Part shown: positions 46,080 to 54,868 of the stretch, one piece after another
How positions within the stretch are numbered: position 1 is the stretch's first letter
How the letters are laid out: each line of letters starts with the position of its first letter
Assembly: GCA_029262675.1 (NCBI GenBank)
Contig: JAJCYW010000010.1
Span: 129,166 to 193,165 of the forward strand
Length of the DNA: 64,000 bases
Source of the DNA: Chloroflexota bacterium
GTDB taxonomy: Bacteria; Chloroflexota; Dehalococcoidia; DSTF01; RBG-16-68-14
Direction: 5' to 3'
Notes under the pieces: model-generated
What the model saw: the letters and a program-made list of their open reading frames with translations, nothing else
Database searches by the model: none
What the model was told of the DNA's origin: nothing
Program-made: the position numbers and the translations under genes

Positions 46080-48941
46080 CTAGTTCAGCCCCAGCCAGCT
46101 CCAGAACACGCCTCCACTGGAGGCGCCTCCTCCGGAGCTCGATCCGGCCGGGAAGCCAGAGATCAGCCCGGAAGCCTTCTGCAGAATCAACAGCGAGTCG
46201 AACGGGTCGATATTGCCGTCGTCGTTGACGTCAGCCGCGGCCGGGAACGGCACGGTTGACAGGCCGATCACCTCGAACAGGACCCAGAGCGAGTCGATCG
46301 GGTTGATGACGCCGTCGCCGTTCACGTCGCCCAGCTCGGGCGTCCCGGGCAGCGGGCTTGTCGAGACGCCGAAGTTCCACGAGCTGGCCGTCGAGGTCAG
46401 CACCGTGATCTGGATGTCGCCCGCGGCGGGGCCGATCAGCAGGTTCCGCTTGGAGATGCAGGGGTCAGGCTGGGCCTTGGTCGCCGGGCCGTTGCAGTTC
46501 GGCACCAGCACGCCGCCCTTGAACACCGGCAGCGTCTGCGCCGTCGTTCCCTGCGGGATGATGGACGAATCGAGCGTGAAGACGATGATGAGCGGCAGTT
46601 GCGACGTGCCGGACGGCGCGCTGATGTTCACCTGCTGTCCGAACAGCGTGAAGCCGCTGGGGGCGGGCTGGATGATGACCTTCTCAAGGATAGTCACCAC
46701 ACCGCCGACGGGCAGCGTAACGCTCGTTTCGAGCGGGTCTTCGGGGATCGCGCCGTCGCCCTCCTTGTCGGTCGTCACCAGGCCGCCGGGCGGCACTTCC
46801 TCCGACTGCGAATCCGGCAGCGCCGGCGTGTTGGTCGGCGTCGACGTTGGCGTTTCGGTCGGCGTTGGCGTGTCCGTCGGCACGGGCGTGTTCGTGGCCG
46901 TCGGCGTGAAGGTGTTGGTCACCGTCGGGCAGACATCGGGGCAGGGCGTGTGCGTCGGCGTCGGCGACTCCAGCGGCGTGGCCGTCGGCGTCGGCGTCAC
47001 CGTCGGCGCCGGCGCGTCGATGCAGTTGATGCGCAGCAAGTCCACGTACGGGAGTGTCGCGGTGTTATCGCCGAGGATGCCGTCACCGTCGCCGTCATAG
47101 ACGTGTTCGCCCAGCGGGTCCATGACAATCAACTCGATTTCGGGCAGGACGTCCCCAGCGTTGACCGTGTCGTAGAACGCGGAACCCGTGAGCCGCTGGG
47201 TGAAGATTGGGGTGCCATCGATGGGGTTCTTCGCGTACCCCGTCAGGAGCACGGGGACTTGCTGCACGGCCGTGCAGTGGACCTGCATCCGGACGAGCGT
47301 GCCGACCCGGTTCGACGCCGGGAACGGCGGTTCGTCGTCGGTCTTGGCCACGTGCCGCCGTTCCAACGGCTGGGCGGGGGATACGGTTGTCATGTTTGTA
47401 AACGCCTCGCAGACGAAGCCCGCCACGGCATCTGGCCGCCAGACGATCTCGTCAAAGCAGGAGCGCTCCTGGTGCTTGAGTCCGTTGAAGAAGACCTCGG
47501 TTTGGAACCCGCCGTAGCCGTCCGGGATCGAGTTCGCCTCGATCAGGATCTCGAACTTGCCGGACTCCGGGTCCTCCTCGGTGAACGGCGCCGTACACTT
47601 CTGAGGCTTTTCCGCCGTATCGCACGTGATGATGCCCGGGCCGTATGCGGTGAGCGAAAGCTCCGGCGGCGGCACCTCGCAGTTGATCGTGAGCACGTCG
47701 GCGTGCGGGCTGTTGACGGCGGCCACCTCGATCGTGCCGTCGTCCTCGTCGAAGAAGGCCGCGCCGTGCAGGTTCGCGATCGATAGCCTCTTCAGCGTTA
47801 CGGTCTGCGCGCCCGCCTGCGTGCAGTGCAGGTCGAGCTCGACGATGGTGCCCCTGTGCGTGCTGTTGGGGAACGTCGGCGCGGCGGCGCTGCGCGCCGT
47901 GTGGCGGATGAACTGGCCGAAGTTTTGGCCTGTGCACTCGTCGACGCTGGAGAGTTGCGGCCAGACGACCTCATCGTCGCAGTCCGGGCGCTGATTCCAG
48001 GCCAGGCCGCTGCTGAGCTGGACCTCTGTCTGGAAGCCGCCGTAGCCGTCCGGCGTCGGGATCGTGTTGACGTTGACCGCGACCGTGAACTCCCCCTGCT
48101 TGGTCTGGCCGGGGTAGTAGTCCGCTGTGCACGTCGCCGGCTTGGGCAGCGGCGTCGGCGTTGGCGTGCCGGCGCCGGTGTCTTCGACGCAGTCGAGTTC
48201 CGGCGCGTCCAGCGACATGATCGGGTTGGGCTGCGGCGTCGGCGTCGGCGTGTCGGTTGGCGTGTTCGTCGCCGTTGCCGTATTGGTAACTGTGGGCGTG
48301 TTCGAGGCCGTTGGCGTGGCGGTGGGGGTGTTGGTCGGTTCTGGCATCGGTGTGTGGGTGGGCAAGGTTCCGCCCGCCCCGCAGTTGACGATTATAAAAC
48401 TGCCAGGAACGGCGATATTGCCCAGGGCTGCGTCCGCGTATGCGGCGCCGCTGGTACCGGCGGGCGGGTCATTGAACGACACCAAAGTGATCTTATGTGA
48501 GCTGTCGCCCGACGTGCAGTTGAATTCGAAGGTGAACAGGTCGCCCTTGTAGAAGCTCGGGGGCGGGCTGATAAGTCCGGATAGGCAGCCACGGCCAGTG
48601 GTCGTGGCCGTGGACTGAGAAACGTCTGCGGCGTTGCATTCAGGCCACACAGTGGTGGACTGCTTGAACGTCAGGCCGGTAGCGCCGAAATCCAGGAACG
48701 CTTGCGTGCCGACGTAACCGTTCGTTGTCGGAACGGCGTCGCCGGTCACGGTGACCGTGAAGGCGCCGTTGAGGGCGACATTGTTAGAGGCGACGCTCAT
48801 GCTCATCGCCGCGCCGTCCACGGTGGACTGCGCAGTGTTGACCTGCTGGGCTACGATGAGAAGGACCGCCGCGACGGCTGCCATCAAGAGGAGTCCCGCA
48901 ACCGCCATCCGTCCGGATTCCTGCTGCATTTGAGTTAGCAT
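46080..48941 (-). CDS. Secreted scaffold-like protein: three Cys-rich beta-sandwich repeats, PT linkers, extra domain, C-terminal dockerin
   Basis: Signal/TM; GYVGTQ and GYGGFQ x2 repeats; GDVNGDGVINPIDSLWVL and DVNDDGNIDPFDSLLILQ. Confidence 0.8.
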   Translation of the reverse strand: MLTQMQQESGRMAVAGLLLMAAVAAVLLIVAQQVNTAQSTVDGAAMSMSVASNNVALNGAFTVTVTGDAVPTTNGYVGTQAFLDFGATGLTFKQSTTVWPECNAADVSQSTATTTGRGCLSGLISPPPSFYKGDLFTFEFNCTSGDSSHKITLVSFNDPPAGTSGAAYADAALGNIAVPGSFIIVNCGAGGTLPTHTPMPEPTNTPTATPTASNTPTVTNTATATNTPTDTPTPTPQPNPIMSLDAPELDCVEDTGAGTPTPTPLPKPATCTADYYPGQTKQGEFTVAVNVNTIPTPDGYGGFQTEVQLSSGLAWNQRPDCDDEVVWPQLSSVDECTGQNFGQFIRHTARSAAAPTFPNSTHRGTIVELDLHCTQAGAQTVTLKRLSIANLHGAAFFDEDDGTIEVAAVNSPHADVLTINCEVPPPELSLTAYGPGIITCDTAEKPQKCTAPFTEEDPESGKFEILIEANSIPDGYGGFQTEVFFNGLKHQERSCFDEIVWRPDAVAGFVCEAFTNMTTVSPAQPLERRHVAKTDDEPPFPASNRVGTLVRMQVHCTAVQQVPVLLTGYAKNPIDGTPIFTQRLTGSAFYDTVNAGDVLPEIELIVMDPLGEHVYDGDGDGILGDNTATLPYVDLLRINCIDAPAPTVTPTPTATPLESPTPTHTPCPDVCPTVTNTFTPTATNTPVPTDTPTPTETPTSTPTNTPALPDSQSEEVPPGGLVTTDKEGDGAIPEDPLETSVTLPVGGVVTILEKVIIQPAPSGFTLFGQQVNISAPSGTSQLPLIIVFTLDSSIIPQGTTAQTLPVFKGGVLVPNCNGPATKAQPDPCISKRNLLIGPAAGDIQITVLTSTASSWNFGVSTSPLPGTPELGDVNGDGVINPIDSLWVLFEVIGLSTVPFPAAADVNDDGNIDPFDSLLILQKASGLISGFPAGSSSGGGASSGGVFWSWLGLN

Positions 48942-49196
48942 CTGCGGACCTTCCTTCTCTGCCCCACCCCAACTGTTGCCCGCATCGGCAGGGGAGCCGT
49001 GTCCGGCAGTTCCCTACATACGAGACGGCGGCCGGGCGCGTCAGCCACCCCCACCCGGTCTCTGCGGCGAACGCGTTGGCCCGGCGATTCCCTCGCCGGC
49101 CGGCCCGACAGTCTTACTATAGTCCTACTATCGGCATGCTGCATCGCGGGCCAATTACTCAGCCGATTCGTACCCGCAGCTTCCGGTTAGTTTACC

Positions 49197-49278
49197 ATAC
49201 GGATTATCGTATCCCTAGGGTGTTAAATCCCTTAGGCGTGGTCCTCAAAACCCTTAGAATCTAGAGGAATCCCCCTAG
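49197..49278. promoter_or_regulatory. Cluster of imperfect CTAGGG/CCCTAG-type palindromes, candidate regulator sites
   Basis: ctagggtgttaaatcccttag, cccttag, ctagaggaatccccctag in AT-richer DNA upstream of the 953-aa gene. Confidence 0.4.
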
Positions 49279-49361
49279 TTCCGTAGCTTGCGGGAACCGC
49301 TAGGCCTGCGCGGCAGCCTCCCCGGCGGGATCCGGGCGCGGGGCGGGCTCCCTACGCCATC

Positions 49362-50366
49362 TCAGCGGCAGATGAAGAGGTTCGCCTCTATTTGAAGGAT
49401 CAGCAGCGCGTCGATCGGCCCGGTGCGGCCATCGCCGTTCAGGTCGTCGCTGAACGGAACGAAGTCGATGACGCCCGTCGTCAGCCAGAGCACCCAGAGG
49501 GCGTCCTGGCTGTTGACCAGGCCGTTGCCGTCGATATCGCCGCAGGGCCGCGGCCGAGGCGTAGCGGTTGCGGGATCGAGCGTCGGCGTCGCGGTCACGG
49601 CCGGCGTCGGCGTTGGCGTCGTAGTCGGGGTCGGCGTTGCCGTGGGCGTAGGGGTGGGCGTCAGCGTGGGGCCGCCGGGCGTAATCGTCGGCAGCGGGGT
49701 GGGCGTCGGCGGCTCGCCGCAGATGATCGTGATGTTCGTCAGCTTGGGGATAGTGTCAACTTGAGAGTCGTTGACAAAGATCGTAATCTGTGATCCGCTG
49801 GTTCCCTGAGACGTGTTCGGAGGAATGACGCCATCATACGGCAACTGCACGACATCGCTGATGGTGTCCGTGCTGGAGCAGGTCATGCTGATGTGCACGA
49901 AGTCCCCGGCGAATGTGCTGATCGGCTGCGGCGGAAGTAATCCTGAGAGGCAGCCGTGGCCCACGTTGTAGATTGGCTGACCTGGCCCCGCCAGGTTGTC
50001 GAACTCCGGCCGCTGGGCGGTTTGCCCTACACAGTCCGGCCACACGATCTCATCGGCAGCTAGGCCGGTTCTGTTGTACGTCAGGTGTTCGCCGTAGCGG
50101 ACGAACGACTGCACGGCTACATACCCGCTGCTCGGGGCAGTGACGATCTTCACGGCCAGCGTGAACGTCTCGTCGAGCTCTAGCTGGCAGGTGCCCTCGC
50201 AGTCGCCGTCGGCCGCGATCACCGTGAGCGCCATCTCCGGGCCGCCGGACGTGGCGGACGTGGACGGCAGTTGGCCGCTGAGGAAGAGCGCGGCGGCGGC
50301 CAGCGCCACCACGGCAACGCCCGCGGCGGCGATGCGTCCGGCCCGTGGCCGCGATCGCGTGCTCAT
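49362..50366 (-). CDS. Secreted protein: Cys-rich beta-sandwich + PT linker + dockerin
   Basis: GPEMAL, GYVAVQSF, WPDC, HGCLSGLLPP; GDIDGNGLVNSQDALWVL and DLNGDGRTGPIDALLILQ. Confidence 0.8.
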   Translation of the reverse strand: MSTRSRPRAGRIAAAGVAVVALAAAALFLSGQLPSTSATSGGPEMALTVIAADGDCEGTCQLELDETFTLAVKIVTAPSSGYVAVQSFVRYGEHLTYNRTGLAADEIVWPDCVGQTAQRPEFDNLAGPGQPIYNVGHGCLSGLLPPQPISTFAGDFVHISMTCSSTDTISDVVQLPYDGVIPPNTSQGTSGSQITIFVNDSQVDTIPKLTNITIICGEPPTPTPLPTITPGGPTLTPTPTPTATPTPTTTPTPTPAVTATPTLDPATATPRPRPCGDIDGNGLVNSQDALWVLWLTTGVIDFVPFSDDLNGDGRTGPIDALLILQIEANLFICR

Positions 50367-50490
50367 CTGGTGGCGGCTCCTGAATCGGCTGCTAGTCGAG
50401 TCATCCGAATTGCAGTATATCGCGTGCGTGCCGGTTGAGTCGTCATCCGCCGCTGACAGGAGAAGGGCTCGCTAGCGGCGGATGCAGTAA

Positions 50491-50517
50491 GGGCGTCCCG
50501 ACCATGTCGGGACGCCC
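50491..50517 (-). terminator. Hairpin after the 50566 gene
   Basis: gggcgtcccgac-cat-gtcgggacgccc. Confidence 0.55.
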
Positions 50518-50565
50518 CCCTGTTTAGTGCTCGTTGTTGCGTCTACGTACCTTCCTGAGCGCCCG

Positions 50566-51534
50566 TTACGCGGGTGGCACGCAGAAATCGCTGCCGTTGC
50601 CGGCCACGATCTGGAGGATCAACGCGGCGTCGATCGAGTTGACGACTCGGTCGCCGTCGATATCTCCGATCAGATCGAGAAGGCTGTCCTGGTTGTTGTC
50701 CTTGAGCGGTAGCAACGCCTCGACGAGCCCGGCGTCGAACCACAGCACCCAGAGCGCGTCCAGCGTGCTGATTTCACCATCGCGGTTGACGTCGCCGCAG
50801 ACAAAGTCCGGAACCGGCGTCGCTGTCGGCGGTACCGGCGTGTCCGTCGCCGGAGCCGGCGTGTCTGTCGGGCCAGGCGTGGCTGTCGGGCCGGATGTCG
50901 TCGGCGTGGCCTCGACAGGCGCCGTCGTTGGCGTTTCTGGCGGCGCGCCCGCACCGCAGGTGATGGAGAGGGTGCTCACCTTGGCGGGTATGACTTCGGC
51001 TCCGGCGGAGAAACCGGTGCCGCTGGTACCGGCGACAGGGTCGCCTGCCGGCAGCAGCGCTACGTCCGTCGTACTGGGGCCCGCGGAGCACGTGATTGAT
51101 ACCTCTGCGAAGCTGCCGGTGGCGGTGCTGAGCGGCAGCGGCGGAATCAGGCCAGTGAGGCAGCCGTGGTTGACGGTGGTCGGCCCGCCCGGCTGGTCGT
51201 GCAAGGCCACCGCGTCGGTGCAGTCCGGCCAGAGGATTTCGTCAGCAGCGGCCACCGCTGCGAGGTCGTAGGACAGGTCGCTGCCGAAGTCGATGAACGA
51301 CTGGGCGCCGACGTAGCCGCCTGCCAGCCCCTCGATGATCTCGACCGTGAGCGTAAACTTCGCGCTGTTATCGAACGTGCAGTCTGCGGCGCAGCCTTCG
51401 GCCGTCAGCCGCATCTCCGGGCCGCTACTGGCGGCCGAGGTGGTCTGAATCTGGTCGGCGAGGAAGAATGCCGTCGCCACGAGGGCGAGCACAGCCGCCA
51501 GCCCGAAGCCCAGATATGTTCTCTTTAGTTGCAT
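50566..51534 (-). CDS. Secreted protein: Cys-rich beta-sandwich + PT linker + dockerin
   Basis: RBS aaggaggt; GPEMRL, GYVGAQSF, WPDC, HGCLTGLIPP, AGTSG; GDVNRDGEISTLDALWVL and GDIDGDRVVNSIDAALILQ. Confidence 0.8.
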   Translation of the reverse strand: MQLKRTYLGFGLAAVLALVATAFFLADQIQTTSAASSGPEMRLTAEGCAADCTFDNSAKFTLTVEIIEGLAGGYVGAQSFIDFGSDLSYDLAAVAAADEILWPDCTDAVALHDQPGGPTTVNHGCLTGLIPPLPLSTATGSFAEVSITCSAGPSTTDVALLPAGDPVAGTSGTGFSAGAEVIPAKVSTLSITCGAGAPPETPTTAPVEATPTTSGPTATPGPTDTPAPATDTPVPPTATPVPDFVCGDVNRDGEISTLDALWVLWFDAGLVEALLPLKDNNQDSLLDLIGDIDGDRVVNSIDAALILQIVAGNGSDFCVPPA

Positions 51535-51570
51535 CGTGTAACCTCCTTGCATATCTCGCTTCGAGACGCG

Positions 51571-52362
51571 CTACTGTACGCGGCGGCCTGCGATTACGCG
51601 CAGGCCGAACGTGGAGAGCCCCGTCGCGCTGATCGCCAGCAGAGCTGCGATTACTGCCCACATGCCTGTTCCGAACCCGCTGTCGCCGGTGGCGCTGAAT
51701 GTACCCGTGTCCGGCAGACCAGTCGGACCAGTCGGCCCGGGCGGTGGCGCCTCGCCACAGTTGACGATTACGGAGTCCGTCTTGGTCGGCACGTCTACTT
51801 GTGTATCGCCCTCATAGAAGGCGAACGCGGCGCCGCTGGTCCGGCCGGCGGATAGCGGCATCAGGCGCACGGCCGTGTGCGAGTAGGTGTCTGAGCACTC
51901 CAGGTCGATTTCAAGCAGCGTGCCCGTGTAGCTGCTCTCAGGGAGCGGCGGGAGCAGGCCCGTGAGGCCGCCATGGGTGATCTCGCCTGCCCCTACATCG
52001 CCTCTGATGATTACATCTTCGGATACTGCGTCGGGCCACAGGAACTCATCCGCCGGTTCCGGCCGCGCGACGTAAGTCAGGTCCAGGCCGTAGTCGATGA
52101 ACGTTTGTACCAGAACGTAGCCCTCGATCGGCGCCGTGACGACGTCGACCGTGACCGTTATCTCGCCGCCCAGATCCACGTCACACTCGCCGCCGCTGCA
52201 ATCGACGCCGGGGCCGGATACGCTGATGGCCATCTCCGGACCGATGCCGGCAGCGCTCGCGGTGGGTGCGGCGGTCTGGCCCCATGCCAGCACCAGCATC
52301 GCCATGAGCGGGATACCCAACAGCGCGGTGCTGCGTAGCCCTAATCGTTTCCGCACTTCCAT
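51571..52362 (-). CDS. LPXTG sortase substrate carrying one Cys-rich beta-sandwich domain
   Basis: Start MEVRKR after aggaagggag; GPEMAI, GYVLVQTF, HGGLTGLLPP; LPDTG + TM helix + RR tail. Confidence 0.82.
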   Translation of the reverse strand: MEVRKRLGLRSTALLGIPLMAMLVLAWGQTAAPTASAAGIGPEMAISVSGPGVDCSGGECDVDLGGEITVTVDVVTAPIEGYVLVQTFIDYGLDLTYVARPEPADEFLWPDAVSEDVIIRGDVGAGEITHGGLTGLLPPLPESSYTGTLLEIDLECSDTYSHTAVRLMPLSAGRTSGAAFAFYEGDTQVDVPTKTDSVIVNCGEAPPPGPTGPTGLPDTGTFSATGDSGFGTGMWAVIAALLAISATGLSTFGLRVIAGRRVQ

Positions 52363-52707
52363 GTTAGCTCCCTTCCTTCTACTCTTCCCTAAGTCTCGCG
52401 GCGTCCCTGGCCGGCGCACCCCTAAGCGGGGCCGCTTCGGCTGCGATCCGAAAGGTCGTGTGGCCCCCGCCACATCTTCCCCATAAGCACTGCCCCATGC
52501 CCAAACGTACCGGCGGAAGGGGCAGTAGCTGCGCCTAGCCTAGCGTATCCGGGGAGTTAATACTAGCCCCTCCGCGCAAGCCGGCCAGACGCTTCCACGT
52601 GGCTTCGGCATTATCATACTCGATTCGCGCAACTGCGCAAGGTGCGATTCTGGCTTACATGTCCGTGCTCTCATCTGTCGCACCAATGCGTCTCATTGAT
52701 GACGGCC

Positions 52708-52736
52708 GGAGAGCCGCCCTCGATTGGCGGCTCTCC
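52708..52736 (-). terminator. Hairpin after the 52764 gene
   Basis: ggagagccgcc-ctcgatt-ggcggctctcc. Confidence 0.55.
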
Positions 52737-52763
52737 CCGGCGTTTCAGATAGATCTCCGGGTG

Positions 52764-53549
52764 TTAATTCACGCACGGCACCTGATACTGCGTGATGGCG
52801 CCCAGGATGTCAAGGAGAAGGTCGATTGCGCCGTCGTCGTTGATGTCGAAGGCCGGATCGTACGGCGGGGCTCCACTAGGAGCGTAGTGCTGAATGATGC
52901 CCAGGATGTCGTTCAGCAGGTCGACGATGCCGTCTCCGTTTGTATCGGCGCAGCCCATGAACAGGAGGGTTGATGACAGGACGCTTACTCCAGGGATCTG
53001 CCCGATGTCATCGGGGTCCGCCGGCGTGTTGATCAGGTACGAACCAGTCAGGTCCAGCGCGGTTCCCGGACCCATGATCGAGCCCGGATCGAGCGTCAGC
53101 TTCGCCAGGAGGCCGGTGCCTTGCACGCCGAAGGGAGGCACGTGGTCGATGGTAACGCAGTCCACGAAGACGTGGTTGGCCTCTATCGTCGGTGAAGGAC
53201 AGGATGGGCTTCGGCCGGATCCGGCAAGCCACGTGGTGTACGGCACCCAGGTTACGGCCGTCGCCAGCGAATCGTCGAATGCGATGTCGACGCGGAAGCC
53301 GGAGGCGCCTCCGGGCTCCTTCACGCTGACGGCCCAGACATAGATGTCTCGGTCAATGCCATCCGGGGAGACGACGATAGAGGACGCGCGGACGGGACTT
53401 ACGTCGGAGTAGCTCAACAAGATCTGCGTGGTCCCCGCACTTTCCGCGGGGTTGCTATCTTGAGCGATCCCCACTGTGGCGAAGACGAGCGCTCCAACCA
53501 GCAATCCGATCTTCGCGAATCCTCGCAATGGCTTTGTCAGTCGGTTCAC
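52764..53549 (-). CDS. Secreted protein: cohesin-like domain + atypical dockerin-like tail
   Basis: GTG after caggaggt; GFRVDIAFD, SGRSPSC, GTGLLAKLTL; DTNGDGIVDLLNDILGIIQHY and DINDDGAIDLLLDILGAITQY. Confidence 0.78.
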   Translation of the reverse strand: MNRLTKPLRGFAKIGLLVGALVFATVGIAQDSNPAESAGTTQILLSYSDVSPVRASSIVVSPDGIDRDIYVWAVSVKEPGGASGFRVDIAFDDSLATAVTWVPYTTWLAGSGRSPSCPSPTIEANHVFVDCVTIDHVPPFGVQGTGLLAKLTLDPGSIMGPGTALDLTGSYLINTPADPDDIGQIPGVSVLSSTLLFMGCADTNGDGIVDLLNDILGIIQHYAPSGAPPYDPAFDINDDGAIDLLLDILGAITQYQVPCVN

Positions 53550-53607
53550 GGCTTGTACCTCCTGCTTCCGAATGCGTTGCATACGGGAACTGGCTCCCCC
53601 CGAAGCT

Positions 53608-54549
53608 CTATGATTCTCCCCTGTGCATGATGCGCCGCCGCAAGAAGCCTGCCGCCAGTCCCGCTGCCGTGAGGCCGCCAAGGCCAACGAGGATCCAGAG
53701 TGTGACAGCGCCGTTTGCGTTCCCGTCGTCATCGGGGGCGCTGATGCTCGGTGTAGGTGTGCCGATTTCAGAAACGGCCGTGTCTGTCGCTGTCGGCGTG
53801 CCATCCGCCGCGGGAGTCGTCGGCGCCGGCGAGGCGCCCGCAGTCGGCGACTGCACGGTTGCCGGTTCGATTGTTGTCGTGGCGTTCGTTCCTGGCGTGT
53901 CTGTTGCGACCTGCGGCGAAGACGTAGCCGTGGGCGGTGCGTTTCCGGTCACGCGGACCAGGCCGCCGACGACGTCCAGTGGTACCGGGTCTCCCAGCGG
54001 ACCCGAGAGTTGAGACGTCAGCAACAGCGGGCTGGAGCCCGCGCCCAGCGGCGTGAACGTCACGCTGGCAAGCGTGAGTTCGCCCTGCAGCCCCGGGATC
54101 GAATCGCTGGAAGACAGGCAGCCGAAGCGGACGCTGCCCGGCTCTACGCGCGGTGGCAGGCATTGGAACGGGCGGCTACTGGCTGCCAGCCCCGGGCCGG
54201 GCTCGAGGTGGTCCACAGCGACGACGGTCTCATCGAATTCGATGATGAACTCGAACGCGGCCATGCCGATCGATTCAACTTCGCGGTCCGGAACGGTATC
54301 GCGGTTGTCGTCGTAGAAGATCGCCCCGTGGTGGTCCAGGTCCTCCAGGACGATGAAGACGCCAAACGCACCGCTGTCCGCGTCGACGCTGGAGATGGCC
54401 GGCAGCAGCCGGACCGTTCCGTCTGCGGACTGCGCGCTGGTGGACTTAACTGCGATCGTCATAGCAATCAGCATAAGCGATGCCAGAAGCATCCAGATCA
54501 AGAGCGTGCGAGGCCGCGCGCGAGGCATCAGCGGGGCGGTCCGACCCAA
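53608..54549 (-). CDS. Cohesin-like domain protein with PT stalk and C-terminal TM anchor
   Basis: MAAFEFIIEFD, RPFQCLPP, VRFGC, LASVTF, GSSPL; TM + RRR tail, no LPXTG. Confidence 0.8.
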   Translation of the reverse strand: MGRTAPLMPRARPRTLLIWMLLASLMLIAMTIAVKSTSAQSADGTVRLLPAISSVDADSGAFGVFIVLEDLDHHGAIFYDDNRDTVPDREVESIGMAAFEFIIEFDETVVAVDHLEPGPGLAASSRPFQCLPPRVEPGSVRFGCLSSSDSIPGLQGELTLASVTFTPLGAGSSPLLLTSQLSGPLGDPVPLDVVGGLVRVTGNAPPTATSSPQVATDTPGTNATTTIEPATVQSPTAGASPAPTTPAADGTPTATDTAVSEIGTPTPSISAPDDDGNANGAVTLWILVGLGGLTAAGLAAGFLRRRIMHRGES

Positions 54550-54730
54550 ACGTTTCCTCCCATCTACGAAAACGATGCGGACGTGGCGAATGTAACGCCC
54601 GTGCTCCTCTTTCTAGCATGTTCCGGCCCCTGTGCAATGCCATTTCCCGCAGTCATTGCTGCGGATCTTCAGCCCTACCCCCAATTCGGCGTAGGACTCA
54701 AGGCCCAAAGCATCTGTAATCTGCGAATAG

Positions 54731-54780
54731 ATAAGGGCGGGGAAGCCGGAACTATGAGTCCGGTGCTCCCCCGCCCCATC
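54731..54780 (-). terminator. Long hairpin downstream of the 486-aa gene
   Basis: ataagggcggggaagccgga...tccggtgctcccccgccccat imperfect stem. Confidence 0.45.
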
Positions 54781-54868
54781 TTGGTCACTCCGTGACCTGC
54801 TGTATTCGCTTCTTTCCCCGCAACCGCTCTAGCTGGCTACGGAAAGAACTTGATGATCTAAAACCCCC

